A stretch of 63,068 nt of DNA, counting the filler, from Octopus bimaculoides (taxonomy: Eukaryota): assembly GCF_001194135.2 (NCBI RefSeq). It is 4 parts of 3 records of this genome, joined end to end, with 100 filler letters (N's around TTAATTAATTAA, not from the genome) between each part and the next. Parts side by side here need not be neighbours in the genome. Positions count along the whole stretch, not along the records: positions 1 to 26,576 come from NC_068984.1; 3 more parts are not named here. One strand, written 5' to 3'. The position numbers and the translations under genes were made by a program. The number at the start of each line of letters is the position of its first letter. Within the stretch, counting starts at the first letter, position 1. The notes beneath the pieces are model-generated. The model searched no databases and was not told where the DNA came from. It saw only the letters and a list, made by a program, of their open reading frames with translations. Shown piece after piece: positions 1 to 12,312 of the stretch.

Positions 1-102
1 TATATATATATATATATATATGAGTGAAAGGTGGATTGTATCATGCTTCAATGACAACAACAACAATAAGAACAATAATAATGTAAATGGAAACATACTT
101 AC

Positions 103-182
103 TTTTCGACCTCACCTTGTTTACTTCTCAATGCCCATTCCAGAATTTTCATTTTGATAGGACTTTTGAGTTCATTGTGTAT
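103..182 (-). CDS. ACSL1/5/6: ACSL exon [26 protein letters not shown]..
   Basis: cttcctcaag acceptor, gtaagt donor at 97-102, 80 nt, phase 0 to 2; a competing gtgagg lies 13 nt further into the exon. Confidence 0.85.
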
Positions 183-227
183 CTTGAGGAAGAAATAACA
201 CAGACAAGAATCAGCAATGTCGCTATG

Positions 228-260
<33 letters not shown>

Positions 261-299
261 CCGTCTGTCCATCCATCTATCTATCTATCTCTCTCCCTC

Positions 300-339
<40 letters not shown>

Positions 340-349
340 TGTGTGTGTA

Positions 350-381
<32 letters not shown>

Positions 382-411
382 CAAACATATATATGTCTGT
401 GTGTGTGTATA

Positions 412-466
<55 letters not shown>

Positions 467-3400
467 TGTTGGGAACGATCGGAAGTTATGGGATCTAGTA
501 CCGAAAGATCGCCAAGAATACATATGAAGATAATAATATTTAAGGCATGATCATTCAGGCGGGTCCTTACCAATGGATAGACCATGGGAAGTACTCACGG
601 ATATGTGAGTAGCGTTTTATTTAGTTATATCAGAAATACACATCCATTCAACAAGTAATTATCTGTACGAAAGTCGTGGAGGGAGAAGCAATTAGTTGAA
701 AAGTGAATAAATGATAAACAGATGCCAATGGATTCTATCATAGAAGAGTGGTTTGATAGTATATTATCGTACTAAGATGCTTAGCTGAGGCCAGGGAATA
801 GAAGAAAGAAGACATACACCCAACACCAGAGCTGAAGACACCTCCGAAAGGAGCTGTTGTGGTAGCAGACCACGAAACATGGTTGAAATTCCTTCCTTAT
901 CGTACTAAGATGCTTAGCTGAGACATGTACTAGAATAGTGTTTAGGAAGTGCTATTACGTTGTGGGGAGGTCTGAGTATTTATTTTAAACTTACGAGTAA
1001 AGTCCGAAATACAAGGATTATTAATGTGCACACGTCTGAGTTGAAGTATGTTTTAAGCTTGCAGAATATAATTAAAGGGGAGCAACTGTGTATTGCAAAA
1101 CTAGTGTGTAAACCATTTATAGACACTAAAAGCAAGGTTGAGATTATCATCAAATCTGGATATAATCAGAAAGTATTCATGTTACGGTACAACTTAGGGA
1201 ACGTAAATAACCATATGATGTATTATAATTATAATTATATCAGGTTGTAAAGATTGTAAAGATTGTAACTTTGTAACCATACAAAGTTGATTATACAGGG
1301 TGTCCACAAAGTCTGGGTACATGGAGTAAATAAAATCGTAACAAAAACAATTAAATATAAGAAATAAAAATTTCTTAAAGTATGTGTTAATCCCCATGTA
1401 GGTACATGGAGTAAATAAAATCATAATATAAACAAGTAAATATAAGAAATAATAATTTCTTGAAGTATGTGTTAATCCCCATCTGGGTACATAGAGTAAA
1501 TAAGATCATAACATAAACAATTAAATATAAGAAATAAAAATTTCTTAAAGTATGTGTTAATCCCCATGTGGGTACATGGAGTAAATAAAATCAGAATATA
1601 AACAATTAAATATAAGAAATAATAATTTCTTAAAGTATGTNNNNNNNNNNTATGTGTTAATCCCCATGTGGGTACATGGAGTAAATAAAATCAGAATATA
1701 AACAATTAAATATAAGAAATAATAATTTCTTAAAATATGTGTTAATCCCCAAGTGGGTACATGGAGTAAATAAGATCATAACATAAACAATTAAATATAA
1801 GAAATAAAAAATTCTTAAAGTATGCGTTAATCCCCATGTGGATACATGGAGTAAATAAAATCAGAATATAAACAATTAAATATAAGAAATAATAATTTCT
1901 TAAAGTATGTGTTAATCCCCATGTACCCAGACTTTGTGGACACCCTGTAGTTACNNNNNNNNNNNNNNNNNNNNNNNNNNNNNNNNNNNNNNNNNNNNNN
2001 NNNNNNNNNNNNNNNNNNNNNNNNNNNNNNNNNNNNNNNNNNNNNNNNNNNNNNNNNNNNNNNNNNNNNNNNNNNNNNNNNNNNNNNNNNNNNNNNNNNN
2101 NNNNNNNNNNNNNNNNNNNNNNNNNNNNNNNNNNNNNNNNNNNNNNNNNNNNNNNNNNNNNNNNNNNNNNNNNNNNNNNNNNNNNNNNNNNNNNNNNNNN
2201 NNNNNNNNNNNNNNNNNNNNNNNNNNNNNNNNNNNNNNNNNNNNNNNNNNNNNNNNNNNNNNNNNNCGTTAATCCCCATGTGGATACATGGAGTAAATAA
2301 AATCAGAATATAAACAATTAAATATAAGAAATAATAATTTCTTAAAGTATGTGTTAATCCCCATGTACCCAGACTTTGTGGACACCCTGTAGTTACAATG
2401 GGGTTTATCCTGGCTCATGTGGGGATGATGGGATATACATGTAGTGTAGATGTTAGATGTATTTTAATCCACTTAGGTATACATGTACTAGTAGTTATAC
2501 ATATCCAGACGCATGGATAGATTCCAAATGAGTGCTTAAAATATAAATCTTGGAAAATGGAATGGTAAACCTCACTCTAGATTTCTCAAGATGGAAGAAA
2601 GCAGTGCATGATGGGAGGAAGGAATTCAGACAAAATCGTATCAAGCATAAACAGTCCAGGAAAGCACTGTGATTGATATAATTGACTTCCGCCACCCCTC
2701 AAAATTACTGGCCCTTGCAATTTCATCTGATACATTAACAATTCTGCCAATATGCTGCCCTGTCATCTCAGTATACAATGGTTTCTAATTTTGAAACAAG
2801 GCCAGCAATTTTTAGAGTGATGGGGGTTCAGTTGATTACATTATCCACAGTGCTCATCTGGTACATAAATTATTGACCATGAAAAGATGAAAGTCAAAGG
2901 TGACCTTGGAAGAATTTTGACTTATGAGGAAGTGCTGAAAAATTCTTGGCTTTGGGTAAAAGAAAATCCAGGAGGATCAATTAGTTATGATTTTATTCCA
3001 CATATTCCCTTCTCAGATTCACACACTTATTGTAGTGATCTTTCAGTTTTTCTAAGACCTATAAAAGAACTCAAAAGATTGGGCCTCCAGCCAGGCCTTT
3101 CGCAATACCCTTAAAGCCATGAACTCTTCAGGATCCCTCTGTAGAATATACAAAATTATAAAAGATGGTCCTAAGAATTTCATTCCATGAGCTCTTGATT
3201 CTCGCAGCTTAATGCTTTGGATCTCAGTAATAATTGCAAATAAATGGTTCCAAGCTGATATTCTAAGCCAGAGGTTCTCAAACATTTTGGGCCGCCCCCC
3301 CCTCATGGCCACATAACACCCTCAGAGCCCTCACCCCTATTTTTATGTATAAATAAATATTTTATATTATACTAATTTATATATACTATGAATCAAATGA

Positions 3401-5860
3401 TTCCAATTTAATATAATATTATATAATTTGTATACAATACTATAATAATATTATAATAAATTCATAGCATGCCCCAATCTACTGCCTTCCCACCTGGACC
3501 ATCTCAATGCCCACAAGGGGGCAGTAGCGCCTACTTTGAGAACCTATATTCTAAACTAAGAAATGAATTTATGTCTGTTCTGAAATATTCATAATTCACT
3601 TACTTTATCATAGACACGGTTCAAAATACGCGGAACTGCTGTAAATATTGTTGGTTTCAATTCCTGCAGGTCATCAAATAATTTTTTAACATCTCCTTGA
3701 AAAAAGCCAATTCTACCACCTTTAGTATATGTCAGTAACTGAAAAAGATGAAAACATGATTTTAGGTATACTCTCTTTTAGTCTTTTACTTGCTTCAGTC
3801 ATTTGAGTGCGGCCATGCTGGAGCACCGCCTTTAGTTGAGCAAATCGACCCCAAAGGCGGTGCTCCAGTAACTTATTCTATCGGTCTCTTTTTGCTGAAC
3901 TGCTAAGTTACGGGGACGTAAACACACCAGCATCGGTTGTCAAGTGATGTTGGTAGGACAAACACACACACATATATACATATACATATATATATATATA
4001 TATATAACGAGCTTCTTTCAGTTTCCATCTACCAAATTCACTTACAAGGCTTTGGTCAGCCCGAGGTTATACTAGAAAACACTTGCCCAAGGTGCCACGC
4101 AGTGGGACTGAACCCAGAACCATGTGGTTCGTAAGCAAGCTACTTACCACACAGCCACTCCTGTGCCTATGTAGCAGTACTTATGAACTTGGGGTTCGTA
4201 TGACACTTGGGGACCCATTTAAGATTTTGCTGTTAAAATTTATGCACAATATTTTAACAATTTTTGAATACAAGTTTTATTCTTTTATTCTTTTACTTGT
4301 TTCAGTCACTTGACTGCAGCCATGCTGGAGCACCGCCTTTAGTCAAGCAAATCGACCCCAGAGCTGAGTACTTATTCTATCGGTCTCTTTTGCTAAACTG
4401 CTAGGTTACAATTCTTAATAATTTTTAATTATGAAAATATAATGGAATCTTTTAAACATCAAATAGCTTTGGGGGTCTACCCAAATAAAGCAGGAATCTA
4501 AGGGGTCGATAAATGAGACCGATAGAATAAGTTCTAGGCTTACAAAGAATAAGTCCTGGGGTTGATTAGTTCGACTAAAGGCGGTGCTCCAGCATGGCCG
4601 CAATCAAATGACTGAAACAAGTAAAAGAGTAAAAGAGTAAAGTTGTTTCAATGTATGATAGAATAGTATACAATATAGCCAGAATGTGAAGTCTGCATAT
4701 TTTTATTTGGATTGACATAATACAATTTCAAAGAAATTATTATTTAGCTATTTACCTGATTTAATCGTTCAAATGCATGTGGTAATGGTAGATAGGAAAA
4801 GTTGACTGTGTCTGGATTATAAGGATTGTGGCCCTGAAAGAAATAATGTCATTTGATTAAGGTATATATGTGTATGCATATACATATATATATGTATATA
4901 TTTAATGTAGTTGTTGGTTATAGTTGGTCAGAAAGTCACCATTAGTTTTGCACCTATTAAGCTCTTAGTAGAATCACTGACTCATCAGACCTGCTGGCTA
5001 GAAGCACCTAACCAGGGTTGTGAAAAAAAAACCTGAAACAAAATTCTTTGAAGCAAAACCCCTTCTAGAAGACTGAGTTATCTCCTTTCCACCAGTTCTA
5101 GCTGTGTCTGGAAAGGATCAGTTTATATACGATTTCCATTCACTAGTCAGCAAGTGGGGGAACTCCATATCTCTAACAGAAATTTTCTCTCATGAGAGCA
5201 CTGGCTAAATATTTCAGTTTTGGAATTTAAGAAGGCCTCTGGGATCAAGCTAATTTTTTAGGATTCTGGTCCTTTCAGTCAAGTAAAGTATACATCCTCT
5301 GCTCCCATTGAGGTATAGGGCAGGTTGTTCCAGGAGCTTCCATTTAATCCTGTATGGTATACCCTATTCTTTACAACACAAAGTTGGCTAAAGATATAAT
5401 GTAATGCCTCTCCGGGATCCTAAAAAAAAAAGGACCTGTGGTTCTTTAGTCACCACTTAAAGGGGCTCTCCATTGCTACAACATATATATTTCTGTATAT
5501 GAGACCTTGCATTATGGGTACTGCTGTTGTTGTTACTGTCACTAGTTCTATCAATGCTGTTTTTGCTGCTGGACACATTGCTGCTGCTGTCGTTGTTGTT
5601 GCTGCTACTGCTGCATGTGCTGCTGGTGTTGCGGCTGCTGCCGTTCCTGCAATTGTTGCTGTTACTGCCAGATACCACCACAGCCTCAAAGTTGCATCGA
5701 CTGCCCTCCTTTCCCACTGGCCCCTCATTTTTAACTCTACATGAGCATCCTACTTGCTTCTGTATGGGGATGGGTGTAGATTTTAGGGATGATGAGGACA
5801 GCGAGAATGCCAATGACGTTGATGATGATGCTGGTGATGGTGATGATGATGATGATGACA

Positions 5861-5927
<67 letters not shown>

Positions 5928-8651
5928 TGGTGATGATGATGGTGATGATAATGATGATGATGACGATGATGACGATGATGACGATGATGGTGATAATGAT
6001 GATGGTGGTGATGATGATGATGATGATGTTGATGACAATGATGGTGATGATGATGGTGTTGATGATGATGATGGTGATGATGATGGTGATGGTGATGATG
6101 ATGACAATGATGATGATGATGGTGATAATGATGATAGTGGTGATGATGATGATGATGATGATGATGATGACGATGATGGTGATGATAGTGATGATAATGA
6201 TGGTTACGAAGACAAAGATGACCATGATGACAACGACAACAATGATGATAATGATGATGACAGTGATGGTGATGATGACGATGACGACAACGATGACAAT
6301 ATATAAATAAAGTCCAAAAAATGGTTTTGAAACGTGTTATTCTGTGGACTGACTTACTTGCATCAGTATTTCAGTTGACGCAACCATACTTGTTACATTT
6401 CGGTGAGACGTGATGACTCCTTTTGGTAAACCTGCAATATAAAAGAACCATTTTAAAAGTAGAGTTGATAACATATCCACATAAATGCTCTGAGTCTTGA
6501 ATCAAATCTCCCTCAAATCATGAATTACTGCTTCATATAGGAAGCACATAGTGAGTAATGTAATTTTTGCTTCATCCTCCACCTCCTCTTCTCCATCATC
6601 ATCATCATCGTCATCAGCATCATTATCGTCATCATTATCATCATTGCTTTATTAACCGCTTTGCCATATTTGCATGGGTCAGGTGGAATTTGCCGAGGTT
6701 GATTTTCTATGGCTTGATGCTTTACCTGTCACTAACCCTCACTTGTTTCCAGATATGCTAATATTTCCCTTGGTCAGACATGTTTTCGCAGAAGACTGGA
6801 AACAAAGGACACCACTCATACGATTGTGACACTTGTTTACGACTATCTTGGGATGAAAAGGTAAATAGACAATAATTCATACACACACACACACACACAC
6901 GTGTTGGCGGCATGTGGTTGGTAAGCATGAAATAGGATATACTCTTTTACTCTTTTATTTGTTTCAATCATTTGACCGCGGCCATGCTGGAGCACCGCCT
7001 TTTAGTCAAGCAAGTCGACCCCAGAGGTTATTCTTTGTAAGCCTAGTACTTATTCTATTGGTCTCTTTTGCCGAACTGCTAAGTTACGGGGACATAAACA
7101 CACCAGCACCGGTTGTCAAGCAATGTTGGGGGGACAAACACAGACACACAAACATATACACACACACACACACATATATATATATACACAGTTTCCGTCT
7201 ACCAAATCCACTCACAAGGCTTTGGTTGGCCCGAGGTTATAGTAGAAGACACTTGCCTAAGTGGGACTGAACCCGGAACCATGTGGTTGGTAACAAGCTA
7301 CTTACCACACAGCCACTCCTATGCCTATAGTAAATAATGAGTTCATAGGATATGTTACAAGGACTAAATATTTCAAGTTACAACACAAAGCGTGTGGAAA
7401 GTAGAAAGTCAGACATTTTAAAGCATTAAACGGACATACTAAAATTAGAGACAATGTTCCATGGATCCAAAAGTTTTATTGACGGGCCATTTCGGAGACG
7501 TGTCAGTTAATATGACATGAATTTCATATTTTAAAGGAACCAGACACTCCCCTCGTCAGGATACTCCATGACACGAAAAACACCATGAAGACAATACAGA
7601 AAAGGACAACTTACATAATTTTTGGATCCATGGAACATTGTCTCTAATTTTAGTATGTCCGTTTAATGCTTTAAAATTATTATTACTTCTAAGTTGAGCT
7701 TTGCTTGGAAAACACACACACACACACACACACACATGCACACACACACACACACACATATACACACATACACACAGCTGACCACACCCTGAATAGAAGC
7801 TTTCTATTCAATTCCAAAGACTTCTTTTCAATAGAATTCCTGAAACTTGAATTCTTGAACTCCGCCTCAAACGTACATAGACAAAATATAGATAAGAGAA
7901 TGACCCTTAAGTAAAATTCTACTAAGAACTAAAACATGGGTACAAACCGCTAACACCTAAATTCTTTTTCTCTCTGACTTCCCAAAATATTCTTTATTAT
8001 ATTTGATAAGAGGAATAGAGTGCAACTGGTCATATTTTAATTCACTCACTGTAGCAAAAATATTAAAAAGAATAAAATATTTTGAATGACGCAATAATGC
8101 ATTATAATACAAACAATAGACTATAAAAATGGTTGTAGTCTGATATGATATTTTGGAATAAAATTCCTTCTTCAGATATCCTTAAGAATTGATGGAGTTG
8201 AAGCGAATTACAATACTCTCCTAAATATATTAAACATTCTCTAAAATACACTTCTGTGCCTTTTCCAACTTTATTTACCTTTTTAACTGTGTGTGTGTGT
8301 GTGTGTGCGTGTGTGTGACTGGCTACCCCTCACCCCACAACACCCCGACTGGCTCTTGTGCTGGTGGCATGTAAAAAGCACCATCCGAATGTGGCCGATG
8401 CCAGTACCCCACTGACTGGTCCCCGTGCCAGTGGCACATAAAAAGCACTATCCGAACGAGATCAATGCCAGGCTCGCCTGACTGGCTCCCGTGCTGGTGG
8501 CACGTAAAAAGTTGGTGTTAGGAAGGGCATCCAGCTGTAGAAACCTTGCCAGATCAGATTGGAGCCTGGTGCAGCCTTCTAGCTTGCCAGCCCTCAGTCA
8601 AACCATCCAACCCATACCAGCATAGAAAATGGACGTTAAACGATGATGGTA

Positions 8652-8695
<44 letters not shown>

Positions 8696-8700
8696 ATATA

Positions 8701-8734
<34 letters not shown>

Positions 8735-11700
8735 GTTTAACGTCCATTTTCCATGCTGGCATGGGTTGGATATATATATATATACACACTAAACTTACCT
8801 GTGGAACCGCTTGTGTAACAGAGGCAAAATAAATTTTCTGGTTTTGGTGGCTGAAAAAAATAATGAGATGAACTTATGAACTTGAAAACTAATTAATTAA
8901 TGTATTTATACTATCTTAAATAGGTTTCATTTGAGCATTTCAGTTTAACAAAAGTTTCAAAGTAAGTTATTATTTTAGACCTGGCAGAGCCCATGAAATT
9001 CTTGGTTTGAACATATCTGATTTCTTTTAAAGATTAGAGAAAATAGGGAAAGATGGAATTGACCCAGCGCTGGATGGGTACTTTATCAACATTGAAAGAA
9101 TTAAAAGCAAATTTGGCCTTCGTGAGATACAAACTTCAAAGGGCAAACAATCAGAATGAATATCACAAGGCAATATGCTTGACACACAAACACAGTATGG
9201 TACGAGTATGAAAGTCAAAAAGAACATTGTGATCATTGAAGTTACAAAGGACTTAACTTCATGGAAGGTTGAGATAAAGTACATGCCTCTGGTGCATCAG
9301 CAGAGATAATGGTTGAAGTGATATATTTAATCTTTTCTCTTATCTTTTGTTTCAGTCATTAAACGATGGTCTTGTTTTTTTTTTTGTTTTTTTTCTTTAA
9401 GCCTGATACTTATTCTGTCAGCTTCTTTTGCCAAACTGCTAAATTACAAAGATGTAAACATACCAGCAATGGTTGTCAAGTGGTGGTGGAGGACAGTGAT
9501 CGTTACCAGTGTCACCTTACTGGCTAGTAGAAAATCATTCGAGCGAGCAAGGTTGTTTATGGAAGACCAGCAGTCGCCCATGCATACCAGTCTCCCCTCT
9601 CCATGCCACCGATGTTATCCAAGGGAAAGGCAAAGGGGCCGATACAGCTTGGCACCAGCGATGTCGCAACTCATTTCTACAGCTTGCTAGATCAACTGGT
9701 TATCAAATAAAGCTCAATATTCTTCAAGCCATCGCTCATCGTCTCTTTTTAACCAAATCCAGTGGCTGGCCTTCTCCACTGTAGTTTGGATATCCGTCAT
9801 GGTGGTATTTTCTTTACGATGAGTTAGGCCTAACGATAACAACAGTCGTCTCACACTGTGTCCAACAAACCCTCTACATCCAATTTCGATTGGAAAATGC
9901 TTATCTTATACTTGTTTCAGATATTGGACTGTGGCCATACTGGGATACTGCCTTCAATTGCTTATCAAACAAATCAACTTGAGTATTTATTTTAAAATCT
10001 AATACTCATTATATTGGTCTCTTTTGCTGAACTACTAAGTTACGGTGACTTCAGAAAGCCAACACCAGTTGCATACAAAACACTTCTGCAGCCAAACCAG
10101 AACCAGAACAAGAAGTAGAACCAGTTACAATTCCCCCATCATCCACATTTTTGCTACAAATACTGACTTAAAGATATTCTTGATGAACATCAATCGCATC
10201 AATCACATTAGTCTAAGATGACTTACAAAGGTTTTGATCAAGGGCCCTTTTTCTCAGCCCTTTTCTTCTGAGTATTTTATAGAAAAATATACATTTTACT
10301 CTAAAGTTTAGTTGAAAGAAACCGCTATCATTGAAGTTATATATCTTGCAATAATTAACTGAATTAAGAAATTTTAAATCAGGTTAATGATGAGATCATT
10401 AAAAAATCCCCAAACAACCCCAGCTAAATAAAAATAAAAACAGGCAAAAATACAACTGTAATTAACTGTAATACTTACAACTAATTCTTCTAAATTATTT
10501 TTACCCATTTCCTGAAAATAATTGAAGTTGAAATAATGAAATATGAAAGACAAAGATATAGAAGTGCATCATCATCGTTTAACGTCCGCTTTCCATGCTA
10601 GCATGGGTTGGACGATTTGATTGAGGACTGGTGAAACCGGATGGCAACACCAGGCTCCAATCTAATTTGGCAGAGTTTCTACAGCTGGATGCCCTTCCTA
10701 ACGCCAATCACTCAGAGAGTGTAGTGGGTGCTTTTACATGCCACCGGCACGAAAACGGCCACGCTCGAAATGGTGTCTTTTATGTGCCAACTGCACATGT
10801 ATATAAATCCTCATAAAGAGTTATTAGGAAATATAAGGAACTGAGGTCATGCTGGAGCACTGCTTTTAGTTGAGCAAATCGACCTCAGGACTTATTCTTT
10901 GTATAACCAAGGTGGTACACTGGCAGAGATGTTAGTATGCAAGACAAAATGAATAGAAGCATTTCATCTGTCTTTATGTTCTGAGTTCACTTGTACAAAG
11001 TTCCACAAAGTGGGACTGAACCTAGAACCATTTGGTTGGGAAGCAAACTTCTTACCACACAGATACACCTTCATGGGTGAATTTCTGCTCCATTTCCTAA
11101 GTAGGCCTTGAAGATTACATCCTAATTTATGTATTAAGATCATTTGCTGTTTTGTTTTTTCTAATTAGATCAGTTAGCTGATCACTCAATCAACCAAACT
11201 GATGTTTGGTGGGTGGAAATAGAAGTCTGGGTAGCTATATACATTTTTGTCTTCAAACATGAATGAAAATATTTCCACTCTCAAATAAGACCATGGAGCA
11301 AAATTACACGGTACAATGAATATTTTACACTCAGGTACTCACTCTTGTTTTCGTGGTAGATTTACCTGTATTAAAAATACTAGTGAGTCAACATAAAAGA
11401 TATTTCTTATGTTCTTGATAGTACTTAATACAAAAAAGTTTTGTTGAAATTGTAAAATCATATAGCATGACGTTTTTTGTCTGATTATCTTAGAAATACA
11501 AAATCACTTAAAATATGTCAATATACTTACAAGGTAAATAATACAAAAAATATTTTCAAATATCAAGTAGTTAATTAATAGAGATAAATTTAGCCATACC
11601 AAGTAACACATGACTGATTATTTGCTGTTTAGTTATAATTATTTACTTGTTATCTTTACTAGTAGATCGTTACTGTCAGGTAAAACCACTGTCAGGTAGT

Positions 11701-12261
11701 TTTATTAGTTAACAAGAAAGAACAGTTGCATAAACTGCAATTAGTCACGGCAGTTTAGTTTGCAGCTGTATTTTTCGACAGCTTTATGACACAAAAAACT
11801 TTTCAAATTTTGCCCTCTCTAAAATAGAAATATTTGTGGTGAAAGAAGAGCAAAAGAATTTCCTCAGAATGCTGGATCCTATTTTAATGCAATCAAATAA
11901 CATTCAGATTACTTCGTCAAATGGAATGCTTTTTCATTCATATTGTTTTTGAATTAATTATGAATTATCTCATAACATTGAGATTTTGACGATGTCATTG
12001 TTTATTTTTAGAATTATTTTTTAGGGTCAGTGTGAGAGGCCAGATCAGGTCAGACAGAATGGCTTGGTCAGTTATGGCCTGCTTAAATGCTAGAGTGCTA
12101 AATCTGAAGAAATATGACATGTATTTCAATGCCCCAAATTTTCAGTTTTCCCCTCAACCAGGTGTAGAAGTCATTAACAATGTATCTGAGCAAGTTTCAT
12201 TATTTAGTGTCTGCCAGTGTTTGTGTTTCTTTGTCTAAATAAGGAGACAGAAACTCACTCA

Positions 12262-12312
<51 letters not shown>

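Noticed and set aside
1296-1947. Regularly spaced repeats suggesting a CRISPR array
   Set aside because: There are no unique spacers, the array is bounded by TIRs and the context is eukaryotic.
2267-2396. Apparent second MITE end
   Set aside because: It is identical to 1825-1954 including the flank, across a gap, so most likely an assembly overlap.
5450-6310. Long poly-D, poly-S, poly-M and poly-I ORFs (up to 259 aa)
   Set aside because: They are translations of a trinucleotide tract inside an ACSL intron; the same applies to 16356-16827 and the (TA/CA)n ORFs.
3739-6357. Second mutually exclusive 78-nt gate exon, as in vertebrate ACSL1/6
   Set aside because: No second LPLxH-coding exon was seen in either flanking intron.
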